From the IMG/VR virus record IMGVR_UViG_2663763509_000001, positions 5,533 to 69,532 of that record: 64,000 nt of DNA; one strand, 5' to 3'. Source of the stretch: a virus. Lineage: Duplodnaviria > Caudoviricetes. Shown piece by piece: positions 1-10,899 of the stretch. The first letter of the stretch is position 1, and each line of letters begins with the position of its first letter. The notes under the pieces were generated by a model. The model saw only the letters and a program-made list of their open reading frames with translations, did not search any database and was not told the origin of the DNA. The translations under genes were made by a program, and so were the position numbers.

Positions 1-2038
1 ATTTAATATTATAGAAATTTACAAATGGTATATGTCTAACTAATACTTCTTGTTTATCTGAGGTATTGTTTTTAAATGATACATAATCTTCAGAAATGTA
101 ATCATATTTAGTTTTACCATTCTCTATATATGTTATAAGAAATACATTATCTAAACCTGATAATGTACCTTGTAAATTAGCTAAATCTTTATTTATTTTA
201 AACTTATATTCTTTAGGTTCTCTATAATTAGTTACTATTGTTTTAGTAACTATTTGAGGTTGTCCTACTGGATTAGGTATTTCTATATCTTTTATTTCAT
301 AATCATCTAGTATATATAGAAAAGGACAGAATTTAACTTTTTCATATCCTCTAAATATTTCTTTAAAATTAGTTGTAGGCAATTCTGTAGAACCTTCAGG
401 AACTTCTATCTTAGTTCCTTGTGATCTAATTTTATAGATATCTAATTCTAAAGGAAAGTTTCTTAACTGAAACATAGGTTTAATAGTTACTTCTTTGTAT
501 GTATCAGTATCTACTTCATTTATTATATTAGTTTTATAAGTAATATCAAAACTTTCTCTAGTTGTTATATCATCAGGTTTAAGTAACTCAGTAAAGTTCT
601 CAAAGTTATTATTCATTAGAATAGTTTTTTCTTTATCTAAATACCAATCTAATGGTGATTGTTGTATTAGATTTATATCTCTATTACCATACCCTTCTAT
701 TGAATTATTAAATTTCCTTAATAAATTAGGTTGATCTTTGTCTGTTAGAACATAATAAGAAGATGATTGTACTGTAGTATTTCTAGTTCTTAGTCTAGTT
801 AAATAATCAGAATATTCATCATAACTAAAATTATTAAACCACTCAGCATTAGAATTAGAATTAACTATATTAGAAAAAGGTAATCCACTAGTAGAATCAA
901 ATAGTTCATTAAAATAGACACTATCTTTAGGTATAACTACTATAGGGTATGATGTTTTATATTTACCTATATCTAATGTTTTCCAGTTATCTAAATTATA
1001 TACTATTTCATTATTCTTAATTTTATTAATAAGTTTAATTGCATAAGGAGTAACTAATTCTTTAGTCTTTTCTATAAAGAACGAATTATAATCAAAAGAT
1101 AATATAACATTATTTACTTCACAATAATCAAATAATTGTCCATCATTAGTTATAAACTTAAGGTTAGTAGTATCTACAGTTAGATTCTCTACTGTATTAT
1201 TTCTAACTATACCTTGAAAAGATAATCCATTAGATATATCATAGTTATTTATTATTTTAGATAATATAATACTCCAGTATATATCATCATTAGGAGATAA
1301 TTTAGTATATTTACTATCAGTAATAGTTATATTAGTTTTACCTAATTTAGATTTTATATACTTATCTCTTTTAGTTATATTTTCTACATAGTCTTCTCTA
1401 TGATAAAAACTTCCATAGTATTTAAATTCAGCTAATGCTCTTCTTTCTTCTTTAGATACCTCTGTAGAAGCTGATCCACAGTTTAGCTGTAGTTTAGTAT
1501 TAGTATCCCATTCTGGAGCATTCTTAACGATTGTAGGGTCATTTAGTATAGTTCCATTTTTATGTTTTCTATAAACCCATCCTTTACTAGTATCTAAGAA
1601 GTATTCTTCCAATCTAGAAAATTTTCTATATAGAACACCTGAATTATTTCCTATAATGTATTGATTCATAAATTTAGATCTAGCAGAACCAGAACTTTTA
1701 CTATATTGTCTAGAGTATTCTAATTCTTCGTGAACTCTGCTTTTAGGAAATTTTACACATATAGGTTTCTTAGAGTTAGGAGGTAATTGTACAGTAAGTA
1801 TCGAATCTAATCCTTGATAAGGATTACATGCCATATTTAGTACTTGATTCTGAAAATGCATTTGATCGTGATATCTATCTCCACTGATAAATAAAGTAAT
1901 GCTAAACACAGAGTTTACATTACCATTAGGAGTAATTATTCTACCACCTTGTGTATCACCTTGTTCACCACCATTTAGGTAAGGAACACTATATCCCTTA
2001 CCACCTATAGATATGGATCTTACATTTTCAACTGCCAC
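1..2038 (-). CDS. Large virion structural protein, N4 gp53 position (runs off the window)
   Basis: GTG at 2038 overlaps the upstream TAG. Reads VAVENVRSISIGGKGYSVPYLNGG... and the same frame is still open at position 1. Not in the ORF track. Assigned by synteny. Confidence 0.7.
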   Translation of the reverse strand, partial: MAVENVRSISIGGKGYSVPYLNGGEQGDTQGGRIITPNGNVNSVFSITLFISGDRYHDQMHFQNQVLNMACNPYQGLDSILTVQLPPNSKKPICVKFPKSRVHEELEYSRQYSKSSGSARSKFMNQYIIGNNSGVLYRKFSRLEEYFLDTSKGWVYRKHKNGTILNDPTIVKNAPEWDTNTKLQLNCGSASTEVSKEERRALAEFKYYGSFYHREDYVENITKRDKYIKSKLGKTNITITDSKYTKLSPNDDIYWSIILSKIINNYDISNGLSFQGIVRNNTVENLTVDTTNLKFITNDGQLFDYCEVNNVILSFDYNSFFIEKTKELVTPYAIKLINKIKNNEIVYNLDNWKTLDIGKYKTSYPIVVIPKDSVYFNELFDSTSGLPFSNIVNSNSNAEWFNNFSYDEYSDYLTRLRTRNTTVQSSSYYVLTDKDQPNLLRKFNNSIEGYGNRDINLIQQSPLDWYLDKEKTILMNNNFENFTELLKPDDITTRESFDITYKTNIINEVDTDTYKEVTIKPMFQLRNFPLELDIYKIRSQGTKIEVPEGSTELPTTNFKEIFRGYEKVKFCPFLYILDDYEIKDIEIPNPVGQPQIVTKTIVTNYREPKEYKFKINKDLANLQGTLSGLDNVFLITYIENGKTKYDYISEDYVSFKNNTSDKQEVLVRHIPFVNFYNIK

Positions 2039-3105
2039 TATAAATCCTGAGATTTAGCTTGAGAATATAATGACATCAATTCAGCATTATTGTTAGTAGG
2101 AGGAACTGTTTCAGTCATACCTGCTGTAAATGCTGAACTTGAAGCATCTAATTGTGCTGATAGAAGTTTAGTTATGTTATTAGATTTAATACCTTTAATT
2201 TGAGTATCATACATCTTAACTTGTATTTTATTTATAGCTTTATTTAAAGCTTTTACTTCATAATCAGCTAATGTTCCTATAGAATCTAATTGTAATTTAA
2301 TTAATCCTAGATAGAAATCTAATTGAGATTTAACTCTAAATTGTTCTGCTTGTTCTAACATATTTAATCTATATTTATCTAGTTCACAAGCTTGTATCAT
2401 AGCAGTTTGAAATAATTGAGTAAAGTACATAGCATAGCTATCACCTTTTAATTGATCATTGTCTACTAGAATATCTAAATTAGATTGAATTACATTTATT
2501 AATATATCTAATGGATATGTTCCTCTCCAAGTGTATACAGTCTTACCACTCATACCGTTTTCACCTGGTTTTTCTACTTTTTCTACAACACCATTAGATA
2601 GCATATAGCAACTAGGATCTTTATAGATATCAGAATAGCCTTTACCGTCTCTTTTTAGTAATTCATTGATATCTAAATCAGGTAAAGTTATCCCATCTAA
2701 TGTATCTAAAACTTTATCTAACACTTGAGTAGTTTTCTTAGTATCTGCACCTGTATCTATTAAGTTAACAATAGTACTATTTAGTCTATTTACACTTACT
2801 GTCTTACCTGTTGTATTAATTAAATCAAATGGAGAAATACTTTGGATATCTAATGATTCATTAGTAGTTATAGTTACAGAAGTAGATATAGTTACATATT
2901 TAGAATATGTAGCTGTAATATTATCATTTACTTCTTCATCTCCTGAAGGTACTTTTTGATTTTCAACTATACATCTTGCAGATAGAACACATTTATATGT
3001 ATTAGGAGTATTTGTTTCTACTCCTTCAATATATATTCTATCTTTATCTAATAATACATTTGATAAGTTTTCAGGTAATACAGGAATATATCCATATATT
3101 TCCAT
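2038..3105 (-). CDS. Virion structural protein (N4 gp54-like)
   Basis: 355-aa ORF; helical C-half (GDSYAMYFTQL...QIKG); synteny downstream of the capsid gene. Confidence 0.6.
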   Translation of the reverse strand: MEIYGYIPVLPENLSNVLLDKDRIYIEGVETNTPNTYKCVLSARCIVENQKVPSGDEEVNDNITATYSKYVTISTSVTITTNESLDIQSISPFDLINTTGKTVSVNRLNSTIVNLIDTGADTKKTTQVLDKVLDTLDGITLPDLDINELLKRDGKGYSDIYKDPSCYMLSNGVVEKVEKPGENGMSGKTVYTWRGTYPLDILINVIQSNLDILVDNDQLKGDSYAMYFTQLFQTAMIQACELDKYRLNMLEQAEQFRVKSQLDFYLGLIKLQLDSIGTLADYEVKALNKAINKIQVKMYDTQIKGIKSNNITKLLSAQLDASSSAFTAGMTETVPPTNNNAELMSLYSQAKSQDL

Positions 3106-3758
3106 TAGTTACTTACTCCTATACCATTTGCTTCATCTCTTATAACAGCAACATTATATTTATTAGCTAAGTATATTTGAAATGTTTTTTTCTGTAGAGC
3201 TTGTTCTGATTCACTTAGATTGTGTACTTTAGAAATTCTTGCATCTCTAATATTCTCATATATACATCTAGGTACTTCTACTGGTTTATTAAATGGTACT
3301 AATAAGGCTTTACTAAAATATTGATTTTCTACACTAATTACTTCTGCAGTTTTACCCATACTAATATCATTCTCACTATTAGGAGATACACTTATAATAA
3401 CAGGTTCAAGTGCTCTATCTCTTTGTGTTTTCATTAACTGTCTAAGCGCTAGTTCACTAGCTATTGCACTTTTTTGTTTTGGATCTAATCCTTCTGTAGG
3501 TATTGAAGTATTTGAATTAGATTCAGTATCTTCTTCTATCCCTAATTCAGTTATTAATTCATCTATATCTACACCTATAATTTTAAATGTAGTTTTAAAT
3601 TCTTCATCACTAATATCTAATTTAGATATTTTACTAATTAATGATTTTGTATTTAGTTTTTTTAAATCTTCTATTTCTTGTGGTTCTGATAAAAAGTTAG
3701 CGAAAAAGTTGATTAAAAGTTCTTTATCTAGGTTACCTAATAATTCTTTTCTATTCAT
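3105..3758 (-). CDS. N4 gp55-like protein
   Basis: 217 aa; ISVENQY...VPFNKPVEVPRCIYENI; directly after the major capsid gene. Confidence 0.6.
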   Translation of the reverse strand: MNRKELLGNLDKELLINFFANFLSEPQEIEDLKKLNTKSLISKISKLDISDEEFKTTFKIIGVDIDELITELGIEEDTESNSNTSIPTEGLDPKQKSAIASELALRQLMKTQRDRALEPVIISVSPNSENDISMGKTAEVISVENQYFSKALLVPFNKPVEVPRCIYENIRDARISKVHNLSESEQALQKKTFQIYLANKYNVAVIRDEANGIGVSN

Positions 3759-3786
3759 TGTTTTTTCCTTTATTTGTTTAAATTAG

Positions 3787-3806
3787 ATAGGGTATTTCTA
3801 CCCTAT
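3787..3806 (-). terminator. Hairpin after the major capsid gene (possible terminator or RNA stabiliser)
   Basis: ATAGGGTA-tttc-TACCCTAT inverted repeat; weak U tract. Confidence 0.4.
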
Positions 3807-3809
3807 ATG

Positions 3810-5141
3810 TTACGCACTAGCAAGTACGTTTATTCTTAGTAATCTCTCAGGACGAGTGATTAATGCTGCAAACCAAAACTTATAAGCAAAGAAACCTTTA
3901 GTTTTGAATGGATTCAAGATACTAACATCATTTGGACTTAATGACATAAATTCAATTTTATTAGCACCTGCTAAGCCTATAGTAGCAAATGAACCTGCAC
4001 AAGGGATTAGGATAGGGAATACGTCAAATCTATTTTCTTTACCTCCTCCAACTTTATCAACATTTGTATAAGATAGTCTACCTGTGTAACCAGTATCAAC
4101 TACAGCACCTCTACCTCTTTCAACAATAGCAGATTCACTTACAATAAATCTAATATCGTTTACTCTACCAAATTCATTTTCCATAATTGTAGTTTGGTTA
4201 GCATACATATAAACAGGAGTAAATACGAAATTCTTTTCGTAAGTTACCCCACGAATCATATTTTCTATATCTAGTTTAACTTCAGGTCCTACAATTGCCA
4301 CATAAGCAGCATTGATAGGAGTAGTTCCTATTCTAACATCACCTTTTAGAATTGATGTATGTTTAGGTGCTCTATTTCTAAATAATTTTTGAACTGCTTT
4401 TTGTATTAGTCCATAGTTAATTTTATAACTTTCTTCTATAGCATTAGTTAAAGTTACTGGATCAGGAGTTCCTGCAGCTATACCTGTACCTAAGGTTTCT
4501 AATGATGTAGCTGTTCCTGCATACATAACAGTAGGTGTAGCTAGTAATTCTAATTGTAATAGATCTTCATAAAGACAGTTAGCTCTTTCACCTAATTCTT
4601 CACGATATCTAACTTGCATAGGATCTTCTGAGAAAAGAACAACTTCATCAGTATACTCAATCATTTCACCAAATTTTTCAAATCTAGTTGTAATTGTCAT
4701 ATCTTTTAAACTAAATTTGTTAGCTGGACCTTCACCTTCTAATAATCTAACACCATTATTATCATATGTTTGTCCAGTATAATCTTTACCATCTGAGCCA
4801 TATACATAATTAGTTAGATCAGCTAGATTTCTTCCTGAAATATAACCTAATTTAGAAAAATCTGATGTAAATGTTTTCTTTCCACCTATAGTATTTAAAC
4901 TATTTTCCTCATAAGGCATACGATCATAAGAATGTATTTGTACCTTAACTCTATACTCTTTACCATGTCTTTGAGGCATTTGTCTACTATCAGCAAATTG
5001 AGCATAAACTTTTTTTCTATTTGCAGCTTTAATACCTGCCATATCATAATAAAACGTTTTATTGTTAGGACCTTGACTAGCATTAGCCCCATTACCATAA
5101 TAATTTAAAATATCTCCTGCAACACTACCTGGTTTTGCCAT
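3810..5141 (-). CDS. Major capsid protein, N4-gp56 family
   Basis: Motifs MPQRHGK, LLEGEG, KFGEMIEYTDE, EFGRVNDIRFI, FDVFPIL, SFATIGL, RPERL. Confidence 0.95.
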   Translation of the reverse strand: MAKPGSVAGDILNYYGNGANASQGPNNKTFYYDMAGIKAANRKKVYAQFADSRQMPQRHGKEYRVKVQIHSYDRMPYEENSLNTIGGKKTFTSDFSKLGYISGRNLADLTNYVYGSDGKDYTGQTYDNNGVRLLEGEGPANKFSLKDMTITTRFEKFGEMIEYTDEVVLFSEDPMQVRYREELGERANCLYEDLLQLELLATPTVMYAGTATSLETLGTGIAAGTPDPVTLTNAIEESYKINYGLIQKAVQKLFRNRAPKHTSILKGDVRIGTTPINAAYVAIVGPEVKLDIENMIRGVTYEKNFVFTPVYMYANQTTIMENEFGRVNDIRFIVSESAIVERGRGAVVDTGYTGRLSYTNVDKVGGGKENRFDVFPILIPCAGSFATIGLAGANKIEFMSLSPNDVSILNPFKTKGFFAYKFWFAALITRPERLLRINVLASA

Positions 5142-5152
5142 TTTCTATTCCT

Positions 5153-6214
5153 TTATCTATTAAAATTTAATTTTCTATAAAACTCATTGAAGTCATCATC
5201 ACTAATTTCTTCAATTTGTTCAACTACTTTTTTTACACCCTTGTTGTTATATACAGCATTACCTGATAACCCTGCTTTAGCTCTGTTATTTATTTTTTGT
5301 TCTGTTTGTTTATTTTTAACAGTAGCTTCATATTCTTTTCTTTGGCTATCATATAAAGCATTAGCACTATCAATATAGTATTCTAAATCTGCTTTCTTAC
5401 TACCGTATAATAATGCTTTTTTAGAGGCTTCTGCTTTGATTCTATCAAAATGTCCTGAAGCCATTTCATTAATTAGTATATTTAATGTTTCAGGTTGTCT
5501 TTGAATTATTTCTTTAGATCTAGGATCTAATTGTGAAACATAATCTACTAATTTATTGTAATGTTCTGAAGACTTAATATCTTCAACTATGTCATCTAAT
5601 CTAGTATGTTCTCTGCCATACTTATTAGCTTTATAACCACTTACTTCATCATCAGAAATGTTATCTATATCATTAATATTCATATTCTTAGATCTTAAGA
5701 AATTACTAATAGCTACAGCATTACCATTTCTCATTTCAATAAATTGGTTAATCTCATCTTCTGATACCTGATTTTCTTCTAATGCAGATATCGTTCTTCT
5801 AAATGGAGCAATTTGTTGCATTTTTTTAGTATAGTTCATTGCTTTAGGAGCTAACTTAATTAGTTCATCTAAAGTGAATTCTAAATCTTGTCCATCTGCT
5901 TTAATTTTATATCTTGAAGGTTCTGAGATTTGATTTTCTTCAGTGTTCTCATTACTTTCTATATTATCATCATTAGAATCATTTAACGGTTCTGTATCAA
6001 CCTCTCTTGAAGGTTCTTGTGTTTCTTCAATATTAGTATCAGAATTATCGTCAGATTCTTCTGTAACCTCTTGTTGAGGTACTGTATTAGGTACAGAGGA
6101 GATAGCTTCCGCTCTCCATTTTTCAAAATCCTCATCACTCATATCATAAACAGATTCCCTAGCAGGATCTATTTCTAGATTAGGAGTTTCTTGATTCATA
6201 AAATCATTCTGCAT
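5153..6214 (-). CDS. N4 gp57-like protein (scaffold/tape-measure-like)
   Basis: Acidic N-terminus, KADGQDLEF...AMNYTKKMQQIAPFR; upstream of capsid gene. Confidence 0.8.
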   Translation of the reverse strand: MQNDFMNQETPNLEIDPARESVYDMSDEDFEKWRAEAISSVPNTVPQQEVTEESDDNSDTNIEETQEPSREVDTEPLNDSNDDNIESNENTEENQISEPSRYKIKADGQDLEFTLDELIKLAPKAMNYTKKMQQIAPFRRTISALEENQVSEDEINQFIEMRNGNAVAISNFLRSKNMNINDIDNISDDEVSGYKANKYGREHTRLDDIVEDIKSSEHYNKLVDYVSQLDPRSKEIIQRQPETLNILINEMASGHFDRIKAEASKKALLYGSKKADLEYYIDSANALYDSQRKEYEATVKNKQTEQKINNRAKAGLSGNAVYNNKGVKKVVEQIEEISDDDFNEFYRKLNFNR

Positions 6215-6515
6215 TATCCTCTCCTTCTAATAGATCTGCTCTAGTTGATTCAGCCATATTATGTACAAAGTGTATAAAGTCTTGAAAATTAGCTATACTA
6301 ATTAACAATTCAATTATATCAGATCTCATACCTTTATTAGGTGTATTCAACAAACTTACTCTATCAGAAGCATATTCTTTAGTATAATAATCAAGAAAAA
6401 CTTTCTTAAAATCTGTATTTTCAGATAAACGATAGAGTGATTCACTTAACTCTATATAGGTATTACCTATTGTATCAGGTATTCTAATAGGAGTTACTTC
6501 TTCATTGTTCTTCAT
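6204..6515 (-). CDS. N4 gp58-like protein
   Basis: RLSENTDFKKVFLDYY motif; lies between portal and gp57-like gene. Confidence 0.7.
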   Translation of the reverse strand: MKNNEEVTPIRIPDTIGNTYIELSESLYRLSENTDFKKVFLDYYTKEYASDRVSLLNTPNKGMRSDIIELLISIANFQDFIHFVHNMAESTRADLLEGEDNAE

Positions 6516-6550
6516 AAAATTTCCTTTAAAAATTCAGCTTTTAGAGTCGA

Positions 6551-8665
6551 TCAGAATTTGGACTTAGATGGAACATATGGATTTCTATTAGACGGAGCTT
6601 TAGTAGTAGGTGAATACTGAGTAGCTCTATCTTTTTCTTTATTTACTAATTCCATTTGTTTAATAGCTAATTTAGTTTCATTGTCCATCTGTTTCATTCT
6701 TTCTTTAGATTCTAAATCAGCTTGAGTTTTAGCAAAGTCTTGCATTTTATCGATACCTTGTTGCTTTTGATAATACTCAAGATTTCTAAAGTCTGTATTA
6801 GCACCAAGTTGTCTAGCTTTAGCTTGTTCAACAGGTATTTTAGCTTCTTTAAGACTACCATCAACAATATTCCTTTCAGAACTAGTCATTAATTCATGAG
6901 TTTGAGCTTGTAAGTTCTCTAATTGAGCTTGTAACATAGCTTGTTGCATAGGATCAGGTTGAGGTTGATATGTATCAATAAAATAAGCTAAATCAGGCAT
7001 TTTATATAACTTAGCTATTTGACTCATAATTCTTTGTCTTATTTTAGGATCTTCGTGAGGACCTATAGTTTGTAATAAGAATGATAATTCTCCTGCTTTT
7101 AATTGATTATCTTCATTAGTAGATATTCTTAAATCTATATCTATAGAACCATATAAATCATCTCTTCTAACAGGTATAAAATCAGTTTCTGTTATTCTAA
7201 ACATAGTTTCTTCATCTAAATATTCAGCATTATATTCCATCCATTTTCTTAATAATGGTTTTACTAAGTTTTCTGATATATTTCTAACTATATGTAATTT
7301 TCTTTGATTCCCTCCATCTAATACACCTTTAGAAGTAGAATTCTCTCCCATTTGAGTATATACAGGATTAGTTCCAAATGAATTAACTCCTGTTAGACTT
7401 TCAGCTTCTGAAGTTAAATATTGTAAGAAATTAAATATAGAATTAGGTAACTGATTAAATTGTCCTACAAATATACTATTAGGATCACCTTGGTATTCAA
7501 AGTTCTCTCCTCTAAGCATTCTATTTTTATTAGTTACATCTAATGTACCTTTTCTTATTCCTATTTGACCATTATTAGAAGCAGCCATATTATCTATGAA
7601 ACCTCTTAATATAGCTGTTTTAACTTTTTGTATTTCACTAAGCATTTCAGCATTAGATTCACCATATAAACTAAATGGTTCAGGTAAGAATGGACATATT
7701 ATGAATGGAGGTTTTTTATCTGGATAAGGATTATCTTCTAATCTAATTAGAATGTTACCTACCCAAGAACATACTATAGGCTCAGCAATACCATCTTCAT
7801 TATAATCATAATTACCCCAATATTCATAAACAACTATATTTTTTCTAGCTTTATCTTCGAATCTGAAACCTAAAGCTTCTCGTTTAAAGTCTTCGTCCAT
7901 TGATAATTGAACCTTATCTAAATTCTTATATCTAGAATCTTGAGATAAAGTACTTAGATTAGTTTCAAACCTATGTATAATGAATTGACATTTATCCATA
8001 TCACCTAAACAAGTAGGATCTAAGAATATATCTTCATTTCTACATACCATTGCAGTAGGACGATTAATTAAAGCAATTACTCTTTCTTCTTCAACTAATT
8101 CATTTTCTAATAATGGTTGTCCATTTTGATCTAATATCATTTCACCATTATTATCTAGTATAGGTGTAGGACGATTATATTTAATAGTTCTCTTATCTTC
8201 TTGATATTCCCATCCTGTTTTAATTACACAAGTTCCTTCTGTATCTAAAACTTTTATAGCTCTTGATAAAAAGTTAAATCTATTAAATTGTCTACAAAAT
8301 TGTGTATTTAATACTAGTTCATTAGCTTTAGCAGCATTAACTGAAGACGGATGTGTAGGATCACATTTAACAATATCAGGTGTAGATACAAAAGGATCAA
8401 TGATTGAAGGATTTAACCATTCAGAATATTTTTTAATATCTCTAGCTACTATTTGAGATTTACCTTTAACTTCATTACCGTATTTATCTCCATTATATTC
8501 TTGTTTCCAAGCAACTATCTTAGATATCCAAGCACTAGAGTAAACTTTAGCATCTCTATAGTTACCTTGTAATGTTTGTAGTAATGCTGTTTCTTTACCA
8601 TTCATATTCATATTAGGTTCTATATCGAAACCACTAGTTATAGGCATAATTTGATCTGCTGTCAT
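6551..8665 (-). CDS. Portal protein (N4 gp59-like)
   Basis: 704 aa; LNTQF, IVVYEYWGNYD..DGIAEPIV, LEDNPYPDKKPPF, AESLTGV, ELSFLLQTIGP. Confidence 0.93.
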   Translation of the reverse strand: MTADQIMPITSGFDIEPNMNMNGKETALLQTLQGNYRDAKVYSSAWISKIVAWKQEYNGDKYGNEVKGKSQIVARDIKKYSEWLNPSIIDPFVSTPDIVKCDPTHPSSVNAAKANELVLNTQFCRQFNRFNFLSRAIKVLDTEGTCVIKTGWEYQEDKRTIKYNRPTPILDNNGEMILDQNGQPLLENELVEEERVIALINRPTAMVCRNEDIFLDPTCLGDMDKCQFIIHRFETNLSTLSQDSRYKNLDKVQLSMDEDFKREALGFRFEDKARKNIVVYEYWGNYDYNEDGIAEPIVCSWVGNILIRLEDNPYPDKKPPFIICPFLPEPFSLYGESNAEMLSEIQKVKTAILRGFIDNMAASNNGQIGIRKGTLDVTNKNRMLRGENFEYQGDPNSIFVGQFNQLPNSIFNFLQYLTSEAESLTGVNSFGTNPVYTQMGENSTSKGVLDGGNQRKLHIVRNISENLVKPLLRKWMEYNAEYLDEETMFRITETDFIPVRRDDLYGSIDIDLRISTNEDNQLKAGELSFLLQTIGPHEDPKIRQRIMSQIAKLYKMPDLAYFIDTYQPQPDPMQQAMLQAQLENLQAQTHELMTSSERNIVDGSLKEAKIPVEQAKARQLGANTDFRNLEYYQKQQGIDKMQDFAKTQADLESKERMKQMDNETKLAIKQMELVNKEKDRATQYSPTTKAPSNRNPYVPSKSKF

Positions 8666-8686
8666 TTAAATCCTTTCGTAACTTTT

Positions 8687-8695
8687 ATTATAGCA
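8687..8695 (-). promoter_or_regulatory. Extended -10 sigma70-type late promoter upstream of portal
   Basis: TGCTATAAT on the - strand about 20 nt before the portal ATG, followed by an AAAGGA SD. Confidence 0.55.
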
Positions 8696-8706
8696 TAAAA
8701 ATTAAA

Positions 8707-9129
8707 TTAAATAAACCCTTTAGTGTGAACATCTCTTTTATTTAATCCTAATTGGTATAAAAATCCTTCACCTATAACTTTTTCAATAGCTTTTTCATAT
8801 CTTTCTATATAAACATTAGGCATATAAGATGTACCTGTTCTAGGATCATTTGTTAATTGTCCTATATTACTAACTTTAGATGCTATTCCTAATAATAAAC
8901 ATTCTAATAATGCTTCAGGAATATCAACAATTTGCTGATCTGCAGGTAAAGCATCTGTAACCATTTTAGGTTGCTTAGTATATAAAATATGTAGTGTATT
9001 ACTATCATACTTATTAGCTAATTCTTTTTCAACTTGTATTACATTAGGACTAACATTATGAACTAAATTATCATTTAGAACTATAGGACTTTTGTAATCA
9101 TCTTTTACTTCTAGAATCTTATTTATCAT
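8707..9129 (-). CDS. C-terminal half of N4 gp67-like head-tail adaptor
   Basis: INKILEV..VLND...VDIPEALLECLLLGIASK...YIERYEKA...KGFI resembles the gp67-family C-half as recalled. Confidence 0.6.
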   Translation of the reverse strand: MINKILEVKDDYKSPIVLNDNLVHNVSPNVIQVEKELANKYDSNTLHILYTKQPKMVTDALPADQQIVDIPEALLECLLLGIASKVSNIGQLTNDPRTGTSYMPNVYIERYEKAIEKVIGEGFLYQLGLNKRDVHTKGFI

Positions 9130-9496
9130 ATGAATCCTTTAATTTATATATTTTTTGTAATTCTGAATTTCTTATTTCGTTTGTTCCTCTTATATCTAAT
9201 TCTATTTTAGTAAGTTTATTCTCTAAATTATCTATTTTTTTAGATATTAAAGATTCTAAGAATACCATTTTTTCCTTAGTAAATTCTAATTGATTACTGG
9301 CTATAACATTACTAGTTCTTAATTCTGCTACCATAGTAGTCTGTGTTTCTAATGCTCTTTTATTAAGATTTCGTATATCTTTTATACTTTCTGCATTATC
9401 GTTCATTTTACCTATAACAGAATACATAAACCATAAAAATAATACTAGTACTATACCTAGTAATAAATAAATAGAATTTACAAGAGTATCATTCAC
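9119..9496 (-). CDS. Membrane protein with N-terminal TM helix and coiled coil (holin/antiholin candidate)
   Basis: IYLLLGIVLVLFLWFMYSVI; lies in lysis cluster. Confidence 0.5.
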   Translation of the reverse strand: MNDTLVNSIYLLLGIVLVLFLWFMYSVIGKMNDNAESIKDIRNLNKRALETQTTMVAELRTSNVIASNQLEFTKEKMVFLESLISKKIDNLENKLTKIELDIRGTNEIRNSELQKIYKLKDSYDK

Positions 9497-9738
9497 TTTA
9501 TACTCCTAAGTTGAATTAGTAATGTTTTTAATTCTTGTATATCATCTTTTATTTCATCTAATGATTGCTCTAGTTTAACTTTTAGAAACTCACTATCTTT
9601 AACCTTAGATCTAAATAAGTACCAAGATGAGGCTAATGATATAATGAGTAAAACTAATAGAGCACCTGTTACAGGTAGATTACTAAATTGTTCTGAAGCA
9701 ATTATAAATTTTTCAAAACTACTAGTTGTTTCATTCAT
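9493..9738 (-). CDS. Small membrane protein (holin candidate)
   Basis: One TM segment GALLVLLIISLASSWYLF; lies in lysis cluster. Confidence 0.5.
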   Translation of the reverse strand: MNETTSSFEKFIIASEQFSNLPVTGALLVLLIISLASSWYLFRSKVKDSEFLKVKLEQSLDEIKDDIQELKTLLIQLRSIK

Positions 9739-10003
9739 TGTTTAACTCCTTTATTTTTTCTATTTTTATTTTACATTCTTGATAACTATAGAATAGAGTC
9801 GCATAAGCTTTTATAATATCTAGCTCATTAGTTACATTTGGTTTTTGTAATGGTTCTAATTCTAATAAACTATTAGGTATTTTATTTGTTATTACTTGTG
9901 TTTGTGTTACTACTTGAGTTGTTTTCCCACAACCTATCAATAACATTGTTAAAAGTAATAACAGTACTATCTTTAGAGTTTTCAGCATAACGAAGTACCT
10001 CAC
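9731..10003 (-). CDS. Outer-membrane spanin (Rz1-like lipoprotein)
   Basis: Signal peptide with lipobox LLIGC; IPNSLLELEP; overlaps the i-spanin gene in another frame. Confidence 0.8.
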   Translation of the reverse strand: MRYFVMLKTLKIVLLLLLTMLLIGCGKTTQVVTQTQVITNKIPNSLLELEPLQKPNVTNELDIIKAYATLFYSYQECKIKIEKIKELNNE

Positions 10004-10244
10004 TTAATTTAGATTTTAAACCTAATATTTCTTTATTAGATTCAACTACTTTTTCTATTTCTTTTTTATACCTATCTTGTAGATTATTTAAATCTACTGA
10101 TAACTGTTTATTTTCATTAATCACTAAATTTAGATTGGATTCTGCTATATTTAGTTCCTTATATAAATATTTAACAGTTATACCAAGTGACACTATAATA
10201 ACTAGGGATACACTCCCTAGTATAAAAGATACTTTATTTAACAT
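9882..10244 (-). CDS. Inner-membrane spanin (Rz-like)
   Basis: N-terminal TM helix followed by coiled coil; overlapped by o-spanin. Confidence 0.75.
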   Translation of the reverse strand: MLNKVSFILGSVSLVIIVSLGITVKYLYKELNIAESNLNLVINENKQLSVDLNNLQDRYKKEIEKVVESNKEILGLKSKLSEVLRYAENSKDSTVITFNNVIDRLWENNSSSNTNTSNNK

Positions 10245-10395
10245 TTTTACTTATATTATTTTTAAGATCATCAAATGTGCTTTCAGTCTTATCAGTAAAA
10301 TTATCCATTTTTTCTTTATTATTTTTATAAATGAATAATCCTAATATGACACCTAATCCTATCAACAAAACTATTATAATTATATCTAATATCAC
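10234..10395 (-). CDS. 53-aa membrane peptide in lysis cassette
   Basis: AAGGA SD then GTG; VILDIIIVLLIGLGVILGLFIYKNNKEKMDNF...; below the ORF-track cutoff. Confidence 0.6.
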   Translation of the reverse strand: MILDIIIIVLLIGLGVILGLFIYKNNKEKMDNFTDKTESTFDDLKNNISKNVK

Positions 10396-10503
10396 ATTAT
10401 ATCCTTTATGTTTTATTTATTCATTTATTTATTTTATTTTTTCTTTTTAGATTTACAAGCCATATTAGTTATCCTCCTTTCTATGTGATTAATATATTAA
10501 ATG

Positions 10504-10899
10504 TTATTTATATTCCCATCTAGCTTTTCTACCTCTAGTATCTAAATGTACAAATCCTGCATATTCATTTTGACTATTAAATTTAAAAGCTATTCCTAAT
10601 GGTCTATCACCATACTTGCTTATAACATAATCATATACATCTTTAGTTTTAACACTTTCAACTACAAAATCAGCTGCGCTTCCTACTGTATGTTGACTAG
10701 TCTTAGCACCTCCTACTTTAGCATTATGCTCAGGACATCTATAACCGCTATTTATAGATATAGGAGCATTAAAGTGTTCTCTAATTTCACATAATATATC
10801 TACAAGTTCATCACTAGGAACATTGTTAGGTAAACTACATTTACCACATTTACATTTAAATTCGTTTTCTGTAAAGTACTTATTTTCCTTCATTTTCAT
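10504..10899 (-). CDS. Endolysin, peptidase M15 family
   Basis: EFKCKCG, SGYRCPEHNAKVGG, SQH..G.AAD, FVHLDTRG zinc-peptidase motifs. Confidence 0.92.
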   Translation of the reverse strand: MKMKENKYFTENEFKCKCGKCSLPNNVPSDELVDILCEIREHFNAPISINSGYRCPEHNAKVGGAKTSQHTVGSAADFVVESVKTKDVYDYVISKYGDRPLGIAFKFNSQNEYAGFVHLDTRGRKARWEYK